Source: an uncultured Planctomycetaceae bacterium (GTDB lineage Bacteria; Planctomycetota; Planctomycetia; Planctomycetales; Planctomycetaceae). Taken from it: a stretch of DNA of 64,000 nucleotides. Below, piece after piece: positions 25,060 through 36,000 of the stretch. The stretch spans positions 32,001 through 96,000 of the forward strand of contig CAWFGE010000014.1 of the NCBI GenBank assembly GCA_963815195.1, read 5' to 3'. A program made the translations under genes and the position numbers. The notes under the pieces were generated by a model. It made no database searches, was not told the DNA's origin, and worked only from the letters and a program-made list of their open reading frames with translations. How positions within the stretch are numbered: the first letter of the stretch is position 1; each line of letters begins with the position of its first letter.

Positions 25060-25803
25060 ATGAAGATCCCGTTTTCCGTTTACGACTTCTTTGCCTATCT
25101 CACGACTGGTTTTCTACTCCTGTGCGCGGCCGACTATGCCTTTGACATCGGCTGGCTGCAGAAGGAGAAGGTGCCGCCAGGCATAATCGGCTTCCTCATC
25201 GTAAGCGGCTATATCCTTGGTCATTTCGTCGCCCACCTGTCCAGTTTTTTCCTGGAGCACAAGTTCCTGCGCGGAGTGCTGAAGTCTCCGGAGGAAACAC
25301 TGTTCGAGAAGCAGGCGAAGGACTTCTGGTCCTACATTTTCCCAATTTTTTACAAGCCGTTTCCCCCGGAGACACAGCAGCGCGTTATGTCACGTGCAGC
25401 CGCAGCAGGAATCGAGCGGCCAGGGCGGGCGCTGTTCTTCCATTGTTTCGCCATCGTGAAGCGGGACAAGTCCACCGCCGAACGGCTTGGCACGTTCCTC
25501 AATGTTTACGGCTTCTGCCGCAACATGAGCATGGCGGCCCTAATCGCCGCGGGCATCCTTCTTTTTGCCACATTCCAGCACTGGTCCGCGGCGGCCATTG
25601 ACACGGCAAAGCTGGCCTGGGCGGGTGTTGCCATCGTGGTGGCGATTGTCTTGTTCTACCGCTATCTCAAGTTTTTCAAGCACTACACGGAGGAGGTGTT
25701 CCGGGATTATGCCGAGCCTGAGAAGTTAGCGGCATCGCAACCAGCGGCATCAAATACACCTACTGAGGCAGACACACCACCTGCACCGGCCAGCACTGCA
25801 TGA
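25060..25803 (+). CDS. Multi-pass membrane protein of unknown function
   Basis: About four hydrophobic segments; directly follows the JAB gene in the same orientation. Confidence 0.7.
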   Translation: MKIPFSVYDFFAYLTTGFLLLCAADYAFDIGWLQKEKVPPGIIGFLIVSGYILGHFVAHLSSFFLEHKFLRGVLKSPEETLFEKQAKDFWSYIFPIFYKPFPPETQQRVMSRAAAAGIERPGRALFFHCFAIVKRDKSTAERLGTFLNVYGFCRNMSMAALIAAGILLFATFQHWSAAAIDTAKLAWAGVAIVVAIVLFYRYLKFFKHYTEEVFRDYAEPEKLAASQPAASNTPTEADTPPAPASTA

Positions 25804-25898
25804 CAGCAGTTCCAAAACAACCTCAAGATTGTGGCGCGCTGGGAGGCGGGGAGCAGTCGGTAGACGCTTGGGGAAAAAGGAGTACGGGGCGCATGGCT

Positions 25899-26024
25899 TT
25901 AAGCGGCCTTTCGGATTTTCTGGAGCGTTTCAATGGCGGCTTTTGCCTTTTCCACGCTGCCCATATTTTCCACGAACTGCCGCAATTTCAGGATGTCCTG
26001 TTCCTCGGGTTTGTCGTCGGCCAT
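25899..26024 (-). CDS. 41-aa small protein
   Basis: RBS AGAAAGGA before ATG; LRQFVENMGSVEKAKAAIETL resembles the C-terminus of the divergent neighbour. Confidence 0.6.
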   Translation of the reverse strand: MADDKPEEQDILKLRQFVENMGSVEKAKAAIETLQKIRKAA

Positions 26025-26239
26025 CAGAATTCCTTTCTGAATGTTTGGGTTCTGGATCTTTCCTATTTGATCGGCAATGGCGATCGTGGAAATTGAACGA
26101 AGTCGGCACACATGTTCGCCCATAGCGTATTACTGACGCTCCCGTGGCTTCTGGGCACGCGTTTACTGTATATAGCCACGCAGAATCGCTAACATTCCAC
26201 ATCAGCCCGATCACCATTCAGATTTAGAAAGACGGCATC

Positions 26240-26608
26240 ATGGCGAAAAAAAAATCCAAAGGCGTTAGCAAAAGCCAAGCCATCCGCGACTACCTGGCGG
26301 AGCACCCGGACGCCACGGCATCAACCATTCGCCCCGCACTTGCCGAGCGCGGTATTAACGTAAGTCTGGCGCTGGTTGGTCAGATCAAACATCGGATGAA
26401 CGATTCGGGCGGATCGGGATCCAAGAGGAAAACCGCGAAAAAGACGGTGGGCAGAAAGAAAGCAGCCCGGAAGGCGACGCCTAGGAAAGCTGCGTCCGGC
26501 AGTGCCCTGAGTGCAGCCAATCTTGTTGAAGCGAAGAAACTGGTCGATGACCTGGGTGGAATCGATCAAGCCCGCCAGGCGCTGAAATACCTGGAAGAAT
26601 TGGGATAG
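26240..26608 (+). CDS. Small basic putative DNA-binding protein (planctomycete type)
   Basis: SKSQAIRDYL...HTH-like N-terminus, Lys/Ala-rich linker, C-terminal AKKLVDDLGGIDQARQAL helix hairpin. Confidence 0.7.
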   Translation: MAKKKSKGVSKSQAIRDYLAEHPDATASTIRPALAERGINVSLALVGQIKHRMNDSGGSGSKRKTAKKTVGRKKAARKATPRKAASGSALSAANLVEAKKLVDDLGGIDQARQALKYLEELG

Positions 26609-26689
26609 GCTGGCGGCTGGTGTCAAAATCGAGAGTGGCGGGGTGGGGAATCGGCTGAAATACCTGGAAGAATTGGGATAGGCTGGCGG
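26581..26689 (+). repeat. Perfect 36-bp direct repeat (26581-26616, 26654-26689) separated by 37 bp
   Basis: GCTGAAATACCTGGAAGAATTGGGATAGGCTGGCGG occurs twice; the first copy is the 3' end of the upstream gene. Confidence 0.9.
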
Positions 26690-26738
26690 GCATCCAAGAT
26701 TTGCGACGGATTATTCGTCTGGTTACTCGCTCCTTTTC

Positions 26739-27086
26739 TCAGAGCAACTCCAGCACATTCTCTGGCGGGCGGCCGAGCACAGCGCGATCACCCCGCACCA
26801 CGATCGGCCGCTCGATGAGCTTGGGGTGTTCGTGCAGAAGTTGGATGGCCTCCTCGCGCGACAATTCACGCGAGCCGAGGCCGAGTTCCTTGTAGACCGA
26901 TTCCCCCTTGCGCATCAAATCTCGTGGCTCAACGCCGAGCTTCTCGAGAATCTGCCCAAGCTCACGAGTCGACGGAGGGGTATCCAGGTAATTGATGATT
27001 TCCGGCTCGATCCCTGCGTCTTGGATGAGTTTGAGCGTCTCGCGGCTCTTTGAGCACCGCGGGTTGTGGTAGATGCGGACTGTCAC
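26739..27086 (-). CDS. arsC: Arsenate reductase (glutaredoxin-dependent family)
   Basis: IYHNPRCSKSRE and HPKLIERPIV motifs. Confidence 0.92.
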   Translation of the reverse strand: MTVRIYHNPRCSKSRETLKLIQDAGIEPEIINYLDTPPSTRELGQILEKLGVEPRDLMRKGESVYKELGLGSRELSREEAIQLLHEHPKLIERPIVVRGDRAVLGRPPENVLELL

Positions 27087-27148
27087 TGATTCCTCTCAGT
27101 TTTCGAGATGTCAATCGTCAATCATGGCGTTCCGGTCGGGCACCGGCA

Positions 27149-27766
27149 CTATCGCGTCAGATCATGTAATTCCTGCAGGAGTTTTTCCGCGTCCTCATCC
27201 GAAGGGTCCCAAGGGACGGCAACATAATAATTGTCAGGGATGCCAAGCAGGGGTTTCAAGGGGCGGCTCTGTTCGGGAGAAGCGTCCTGCCAATTCTCGG
27301 CTTCGAAGTCGTTGTCCCAAAGGACGCTCGCTTCCAAGCATTCAATCAGAAAGTCCCATATCTCCTTGTCTCGACTTTCGTGATGCGGAAAGTCTTCCAG
27401 TTCCAATTCGCGGGCGGCTGCGAGCACCAATTCTCGCCATGTCGGCAACTTATCGTCGAAACATTTCACGTCAGGCGGCAAATTGATTTCCAGCATTACC
27501 ATTGAGCGGGCATGTTCGTAAACGCTCGCCACCGCGCCTTCGATGACGGCCGTGAGATCCGGGGCGGGTGTGTCGTCACATAACAACGCGTGGGCGACTG
27601 TGTGCAGGGTGGCAATCTTCTGATTTCGCTGCAAAACGTCGAAAACAGGGATGTCGACGGCGAAATCGTCGCTACCCAAAAGATCGACGATCATTCCAAG
27701 GGATGTAACGAACAATCTGCGTTCGGGACCGCGAAGGACGCGCACGCCGCCTGGGGTGTCGTACAT
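27149..27766 (-). CDS. Acidic hypothetical protein
   Basis: 205-aa ORF with an RBS (GGAG), co-oriented with its neighbours. Confidence 0.7.
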   Translation of the reverse strand: MYDTPGGVRVLRGPERRLFVTSLGMIVDLLGSDDFAVDIPVFDVLQRNQKIATLHTVAHALLCDDTPAPDLTAVIEGAVASVYEHARSMVMLEINLPPDVKCFDDKLPTWRELVLAAARELELEDFPHHESRDKEIWDFLIECLEASVLWDNDFEAENWQDASPEQSRPLKPLLGIPDNYYVAVPWDPSDEDAEKLLQELHDLTR

Positions 27767-27781
27767 GAATGTCTCCCCGAT

Positions 27782-29742
27782 TTATCCAGCCCCGCAGCAC
27801 TTTTTGTATTTCTTCCCGCTGCCGCAAGGGCATGGATCATTTCGACCGACCTTGTGGCGGGTGTTGCGGACCGTTAGCGACGCTTCCCGCGGGTCTTCCT
27901 GCACACGGTCTTCAGCGATCATCAGCGGTTGTGATGTGGGGTGGGCGCGGCCAATGGAGGGATCCTTTTGACTGTAGGATGCCCAACTGCGGAGTTCCTC
28001 GACCGTATCCTCGACGCCCGTCGGACGACAGTGGTTTAGCGATTGCCGAAACCGCGATTCCGCTTGTTTGAGGCTCTTGCGCACAGATTCAAGGCTCACC
28101 ATCCCCAAGTCGACTAAATTAAGGCGAAATGCCTTTTCGATTTCACCAAGGGCTTCCCGAGAGGCGAACGAAGCCAGTTCACAGACCAAGCCCGTGGCCA
28201 CATCCGAATCTCGATTGGCAATCGCTTCATTAAGATGTTTGCGAAGGTGCTGGACCGCCACGTCACGCATCATGAGACCGTCACGAACCCAATGCAGGTA
28301 CGTCTGGGCCGCTCCCCAACGCACATATTCATTAAGCGAACGATTCGTAATCAGCTCGTCGATCACTCGCGGAGAATCGTCGGCAAGTGCGGCAAGCACA
28401 CGGGCCAAGTCCTCAGTGATGGCGTCGCCGAAGAGGTCGAATGGTCCCTCGCCCGGAAGCGATACGGCTTTAAGAATCGCCGGCAGCGATTCTTTCGCTC
28501 GAAATTCCGTCAACAGGAACAGTGCAAAAAGATGGCCGTTGCCCGTGGGAAGATTTCCCGCGCGGATCGCTTGGGTGGCTTGCTCGATAAGTTGAACCAA
28601 TCGGGGCATGATTTCGTCGCGCCGGCGCTGAGCCGCTCGCAGCGCTTCCTCGGGCAATTTGCCCGTGTATTCCGCATCGAGGTCGGCGATGATCTCATCC
28701 AGATCCGGCTCTCGCTCCTGATTTCCCCGAGGGGGGCTTTTCGTTGGTTCGCGTTGTTGCGTCTGTTTCGCTTTCCGTGCGTTCGCCACCTGTTCGCGCA
28801 GACGGGCGGCTTCTTCACCTCGGCCAGTCTCGTCACATAACATCGCCAGCCGCTCGAGGATGTATTCCCGATCTTCCACGCCGGAAACAGCGAGACCCGC
28901 TTTCAGAATTTGCTCCGCCCTGGCCGGGTTTTTCCGATCTTCAGGCGCAAAGGCGTGATAGAGATCCGACCAACCAATCCATCCCCATCCCCAGCCAGGC
29001 TCTTGCGCATCCATTGCGTATAAAGTTCCTCCGCGGTATCGTACTCGCCCACGTCCGCATGTGATTCCGCCAAGTCCCTTCGAAAACTGCGAATCAGCGA
29101 AAACTCTCTGTCGGTCTTCTCAGAAAGATCGAGCACCGCACGGCATAAGGCAATTCGCTCCCGAGCCAATGACGGGTTAGCTCGGGCTGCCCAATGCAAT
29201 CCACTGCTGAAATCCTGGACCCAGTTAAAAACAGATTGCGTCCCGCCGAAGCACTCGTCGAATTCCTCAATTGTTGGGATGTCAAAAGTCTGCATCAGAT
29301 ATTGGATGTCGCGCCAAGCCTGGAGCCAAAGCTGAGCCGTTTCGAGCCGGTCCTTGCGATCGTAGGCGTCGTAGCCCTGCTGCATCCGATCGTCGAGCAT
29401 CTCGAAATTCGGCCGGTCCGGGAACCAACGCTCCCAGAGACACACCAGCGAGATCCACACCCAGTCCACCTGATTGTCCGGGATTTCGAGCCCGCTGTGC
29501 TTTGTGATCGCAGTTGCCAAAACTTGAGCCGAAGGGCACTCCCGGCTGAATCGGTCCAGCCAGTCGCGGCTGGCTTTGGTCACACCGAGCGATTTGAGCT
29601 TTTCGAGCAACAATTCATCCGAGAGAATACGCCCGTCAGCCAGCGTGCATTTTCCATTGCGTTTGACAAGCCGACGGGTTTCCTCATCCTCGGCGGCCCG
29701 CTTCTCCAGCATGCGATTCATCGCAATATACGAAATGAACAT
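27782..29742 (-). CDS. TPR-like + DUF1186-like + SEC-C motif protein; frameshift near 29010
   Basis: ORFs 28903-29742 and 27782-29014; ALFLLTEFR...FGDAITEDL...NEYVR (DUF1186-like); [20 protein letters not shown]. Confidence 0.8.
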
Positions 29743-29810
29743 CTCGATCTCCCTGTCAGATGATCCGCAATAGGAATTCGTTCGGACGATGGACGACTTG
29801 AAACAACCTA

Positions 29811-30384
29811 TTATGTCGTCTTGGGCCGCAGTTTTCCTGTGAGCAGGTCATCAAGTTCCCGGGTCACCTGAAGCTTCTCCGCCCAGTGCTTGAGATACTC
29901 CAGATCGAGAGCCCCGGCCTGCACCGTGAACACTCCGGCCGCATCGTACAGTTGCCGTTCCGAAGGCGTCAGCCGGTTCCAATACAGCTTATGAAGGAGC
30001 ACATCCTCGGCCGTGGCGATCCAAGCGGGCGTGCTGAACAGCTCGACGGCGAGTCGCCGGCGAAACATCTCCCGCTCAAACTCGCTGTCGCGAAGCTGCC
30101 AGAAGTCCGCTTTGAGGGCGGACTGCTCGTCCAGCACGTTGAACTGATACGGGGGCTGAAACACCGAACGCACGGACTGGGGTTGAATGAAGAAGCCTTG
30201 TTGGAACCCGGCTACGAATAGATCGACCTGATCCGGCTTCAGGAGAACGACAAAATCGAGGTCGTGCGTGGTTCGGGGGAATCCCCCAAAAGTTGCTGGC
30301 CATCGATCCCGTGAGCATGTAATCGACGCCGATGAGATTGAGTTGATGGAGGACATCAACCAGGAACTCGATTTCGCTTCTCAT
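29811..30384 (-). CDS. Pol-beta-type nucleotidyltransferase (DUF6036/AbiEii-like), putative TA component; frameshift near 30280
   Basis: YMLTGSMASNFWGIP joined to RTTHDLDFVV; ATAEDVLLHKL; RQLYDA; LDLEYLKHWA. Confidence 0.8.
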
Positions 30385-30581
30385 CGCTGTCCCAATTCAA
30401 TCCGTCGCCTCAGATGTTGTTCGACTTCCTTATCCGTGGCGTTCGGATACTGGCGGCGAATCCCCGCCCGTGCAACGTCGCAAGCAAACGTGTGCAGGTC
30501 GAGCGAGATTTTCATGCGTTGTTCGCCGGTCATCGCACGGTAGATTTCAATTTGCTTGGCGAGGGCTTCGTCGGGGGTCAT
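30381..30581 (-). CDS. Small helical protein, putative antitoxin partner of the nucleotidyltransferase
   Basis: MTPDEALAKQIEIYRAMTGEQR...AGIRRQYP; stop overlaps the downstream start (ATGA). Confidence 0.75.
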   Translation of the reverse strand: MTPDEALAKQIEIYRAMTGEQRMKISLDLHTFACDVARAGIRRQYPNATDKEVEQHLRRRIELGQR

Positions 30582-31423
30582 GGAATCGCCTCGGAAGAAG
30601 CGGGTGTTTGGTGTGGGCTCCGAATCTACGGTAATTCCGGAACCGTCGGCCCGCAAGGGAGCGTCGCCGGAGCGTTTTAGGCAAAGGGTTCGGCCCGGTG
30701 CCGAAAACACGAAGCGTCAACCCACTGGTTTACAGGCGTCCTGTTAACCAGTGGGTGCTGTTCACCAAGAGAGTCCGAGAGTTCGTACGCGATTTTTTGG
30801 GGTCCGGTCGCAACCCTATGGGTTCGGTTCGGACCCCAAAAATCGTTTGCCTAACCGAGAGCGCCGGACCGGCGGGGTAAAATCGCCAAAAGCCTTTGGC
30901 CCACGCGAGTTAAGAAAAAACGCCGGGCGCTCTCGCGCCGACGTTTTCCGTAAACCCTTGGGTACGGGGGTTCCGTACCAAAAGTTTTGGCTCCCCGTAC
31001 AAAACCCTCTGCCTAACCGACAAAGAGACAGCGCGGAGAGAGCGCTGAGAGAATCGGCGCTTAATGTTGCACCGGCAGGACTTACGTCAACGGGTAATTG
31101 AGCGGAGAAAAAGAGAGAGCACTCTCAATTCTCCAAAGAGAATTCGCTGGCTCGTCCGTGCGCTCTCAAAAGCTGTTAACCGCCAACGCGCTGCGAACCT
31201 GCAACCCACCGGTGAACAGCGAGAGAGAATGTGAGAGCGCGCGACTGAATCCGTCCCCAAATTCCGCCACGCCGATCGTCGGTCTGAACCGGTTTTTCGG
31301 GCATTCAACATTGGCTTCGGATCAATACCCAAAAACGCGTCGATTGCTGGTTTCGGTGCCGGCTCATCCGGGGTAAAAAAACTCCGTCCACCCTGAATTC
31401 TAGCTTCTCTTGATTTAGCACCT

Positions 31424-32491
31424 ATGTCGAAGATTTTCCACCCTCTGCTCATCATGCTGGCTGGCTGCACCGAAAAAGAGTTGGCTCGCCAAGTCCAATA
31501 CCTGACAGAAGAGAACCGAATCCTCCGAGCCAAGTTGCCAAAGCGGATCACGGTCACATCCGAAGAGCGGCGGAGCCTGCTGAAGTTCGGCAAGCCGGTT
31601 GGGAAGGCGATCAAGGAATTGATCACGATCGTCACGCCGCGGACATTTGCCCGCTGGGTGGCCGCTGAGAAAAAGACAGACGAACCGAAGCAGACGAAGA
31701 AAGCTGGCCGGCCGAGAACGCCGGAAGAGATTCGCGAATTGGTGGTCAATCTGGCAAAAGAAACCGGGTGGGGCTACACCAAAATCTTGGGCGAATTGCG
31801 GAAACTCGGAATTCGCAAGATCACGCGCCAAACGGTGAAAAACATTCTCAAGGAGCACGGCTTCGATCGCGGCCCCAAGCGAGGCAAGGGCACTTGGGAT
31901 GAATTCTTGAAAATCCATGCTGAGACGCTCTGGCAATGTGATTTCTTCTCCAAGAAAGTTTGGACGCTCGGCGGCTTGGTCGAGATGTATGTGCTGGCCT
32001 TCATCCACGTCGGCAGCCGGCGCGTGTGGGTGAGTTCGCCGACCGCCCATCCCGATGGCCGCTGGGTCGCCCAGCAGGCCCGGAATGTCTGCATGGAATT
32101 CGCCGAGGAAGAGCACAAACCGACGGATATTATTCACGATGCGGACACGAAGTTCACGAAGCAGTTCGATGAAATCTTTGAGGACGAAGGCATAAGAGTC
32201 AAGAAACTTGTGCCCGCGTCGCTGAACATGAATGCCTTCATCGAACGCTGGGTGCAGAGCATAAAACAAGAATGTCTCGACCATTTCGTCGTGCTCGGCG
32301 AGAAGCACTTGCAGCACATCGTGAGCGAGTACGTCTCCTATTACAACAACCTCCGCCCACACGAAAATCGGGATCACCTGCCGCCGGCGTTGAAGGAATC
32401 GCCTCCGGAAGTTGAGACGATTTGCTTGGAAAACGTGGTCTGCCGGGAACGGTTGGGCGGACTGCTGAAGCATTATGAATGGGCGGCATGA
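31424..32491 (+). mobile_element. IS-like element: rve/integrase-core DDE transposase
   Basis: WGYTKILGEL, LWQCDFF, IHDADTKF, NAFIERWVQSIKQECLD, RLGGLLKHY. Terminal repeats not resolved. Confidence 0.85.
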
Positions 32492-33023
32492 TCCAGGATT
32501 TGAGTCAACGTCCGTGAAGACTGGGGCCGACCGCTCGCGCGGCTGGCTGCAAAAGGCACCACACCGCTGTCGAATTACTGTTCCCCTTAAGATCATACCT
32601 CCGCCGCGATGGCAGATGAGAAAGTCCGTCGTCCGTGGCCAGCGACTTTTGTTTTTTTACGGGGAGGAGTCGGACGCTATGAAATTACCTTTGGGAAAGC
32701 CATTTTTCGCAAACCACTACACGCAAAAGGTTTATGATAGAAATCTATGATGGCAAATGCTGCCCACTGAAGGTTTTTTTGGGAAAATGGGATTTTTACA
32801 GTTTTTTCGTGCCCGGTTAGTCGCTGCTTTAACGACTGGTGAAACAGGGAAACTTTGTGCATTGACCGCCGTGTCACCTGGCGAATGTTCACTGAGCTTG
32901 AAGAGGCCGAATTGCCCCAAGTTCACGGACTCTTTGTTCGTCTCGCGAAGGCTACAAAACCTTAGATCCAGCAATTCCTGTTAGTTTTTCACCATCCTTG
33001 ATGCGGATTAGGAGTTCGTCCCC

Positions 33024-36000
33024 ATGAAGTTAACGCATTGGCTGAGTACACTTTATCTGCAGCGAGGCATTTCCTGGAAAGCTCGATCGGCCCGTCGGCG
33101 CATGCGTTCAACACGTCCTTTTCCTATTTCTGCTGAAATTGAGCGTCTTGAGGATCGGACTCTCCTCTCAGCAATCCAGGCATTCGAACCCGTCGTCGTC
33201 ACCGGCGTTGACGCGGGCACGACCAATGACGATCAAGTCAAGGTTTTCGATGCCGCGACGTTCTCCCAACGGATGAGTTTCAATGCGTATCCTGGCTTCA
33301 ACGGCGGCGTGCGAGTCGCGACCGGTGATGTCACGGGCGATAATATCCCGGATATCATCACCGCGGCCGGCACCACGGGCGGGCCGCACGTCAAGATCTA
33401 CGACGGCAGCAGCCCCGATCCTTCAAACCCCGTCCTCATCCGCCAGTTTTATGCTTATGACCCGGGATTTACAGGCGGAGTATTCGTGGCGGCCGGGGAT
33501 GTCGATGATGATGGCCGCGCCGACGTGATCACGGGTGCCGATGCCGGCGGCGGGCCGGATGTCCGAGTCTTTCTCGGTGCCGATATTCTTACCGGAGCTG
33601 ATTGGGCGGTTCCATTCAAACATGATCTGTTTGCGTTTGGCAGCAACTATTCGGGCGGGGTCCGCGTCGCCGCCGGCTATTTTAACGACGACGACAACGT
33701 CGATATCGTCGTCGGGCAGGGAACGGGAGATTCCAACGGGGCCGAGGTGAAGGTCCTCGATGGCACGAAATTAGACGATCCTTTGCAAGGTGTTTTATTT
33801 GACCGTTGGGTTTATCAGGGCGTGTCCGGCGGAGTCTATCTCGCCGCGGGCGATGTGACGCACGACGGAAAAGACGATGTCATCACGGGACCAGGCACGG
33901 GCGGCGGCCCGGATATCCGCGTTTACGACGGAAGGGACTTTTCCCAGGCTTATCAATTCTGGGCCTATAATACAAATTTCACCGGAGGAGTTCGCGTCGG
34001 GGCCGTCGATGCGAATGCTGATGGCCGTGCCGATGTCGTCACCGCGGCCGGTCCCACCGGCGGGCCGCATGTCAAGGTGTTCAATGTCAATCCCCTCCAG
34101 GAGCTCCACTCCCAATTCGTGTATCAGGATGGCTTCGCCGGAGGAGTCTATGCCAACGGGAATCATTCGGACACGCCCCAAACCGCCACGGCGGTTGAAG
34201 GACAACCATTCGACGTGGATTTGACGCTCCTCGGCTACAGCAGCGTCAGCATCGCCAATATCACCCAATGGACCGTCGACTGGGGTGACGGCAGCGCTCC
34301 TCAAACCGTGAACGACAGTACCTCACCAATCTCCCACGTTTATGCCGACGATGGGACCTATGATGCGTTCCAAGCCGTGGCTTATGATGCCAGCGGCTCC
34401 CTGGCGTCCAACCTCGTGAAAGTCGTGGTCAATGATCCGGGACCCACGCTGACGCTTTCCGGGGATCCCGTCGATGAAGGCCCTTCCACTCCTTTCACGT
34501 TGCACCTCAGCGCGATCGAGCATACGGCCGATACGGTAACTCAATGGACGATCGATTGGGGCGACAACACCACGCCGGAGATTATCAACGGCAATCCCAG
34601 CAGCGTCATGCACGCGTACGCGGACGATGACAACTACACCATCCAGGCCACGGTGACGCAGGACGACGGCAATACGTTTCAGGCGGACGACTTCCTGGCG
34701 ACCATACAGGATGTCCCGCCCAGTTTGTCGCTTTCCGGGGATCCCGTCGATGAAGGCCCTTCCACTCCCTTCGCATTGCACCTCAGCGCGACCGACCCCG
34801 GAGCCGATACGGTAACTCAATGGACGATCGATTGGGGCGACAACACCACGCCGGAGATTATCAACGGCAATCCCAGCAGCGTCATGCACGCGTACGCGGA
34901 CGATGACAACTACACCATCCAGGCCACGGTGACGCAGGACGACGGCCGGGAATTTCAGGCGGCCGACTTCATCGCGAACATCCTCGATGTTGCTCCAACC
35001 ATCAGCCTCATCGGACCGGACACCGTTCTTGAAGGCAATGACTACATCCTCAACTTGGGGCCGGTGATCGATCCGGGCACCGATACCGTGAGCCAAGGGG
35101 AGATCGATTGGGCCGATGGGACCATCGATCCCTTCACCGGATCACCTCCCACTTCCGCAAGCCATCAGTATGCCGCCAAGGGCGATTATACGGTTCACGT
35201 CAATCTGACGAACGAAGACGGCACCTTTTCCGATGTGGGAACAAAGGACATCACGGTCACCCCCGTGAGCCTGAGTCTCTCGGGTCCCAGTACGGAAGTG
35301 TACGAGGGTGACTCGTACCAATTGGACCTTTCAGCCACTGGCGGCGGAGTGGGTTCCATCGACCATTGGACGATCAACTGGGGCGACGGCGTCGTCCAAT
35401 CCTTCGCCGGCAACCCCACGAGCGAGTCCCACATTTACGCGGACAATGGCAGCTACACCATCAGTGCGTTTGTGACCCTCGATGACGGCGAAAGTTTCAA
35501 TGCATCCGACTTGGCCGCCGAGATTTTGAACGTCCCGCCCACCGTCAACTTGAGCGGCCTGGGCAGCATCGATGAAGGCACCACCTATTCCTTAACGGTG
35601 GAAGCCGTCGACGATCGCGGCGCCGACACAGTGAACCAATGGCGCATCGATTGGGGCGATGGGACCTTCAATACGTACATCACTCCCCCCGGCACCAAAA
35701 CCCATTTCTATGCTGATAATGGGACCTACCCCATTAGCGTTCAACTGACGGATGAGGACGGCACCTGGGCGAATGCGGGAACCAAGTCGCTGACCGTCAA
35801 CGTCGTCCCGCCCACCGTCGCGTTTGCGGACTATAATTTAGACTACGCCTATCAAGGCAACGATTACGCACTGGCGTTCTCCGTCACTGATCAGGGCGAT
35901 GACACGATCAGCCACATCACCATCAACTGGGGCGACAACACCAGCGACACCTATACGGGCGTTATTGAATCCGCCGGGCACATCTACAACGATTTGACCA

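Noticed and set aside
26581..26689. Mini CRISPR array
   Set aside because: Only two copies, the repeat is protein-coding sequence, and it has no palindrome or leader.
30848..31020. GCCTAAC motifs as attC sites
   Set aside because: No matching L boxes or complementary partner site at a suitable spacing.
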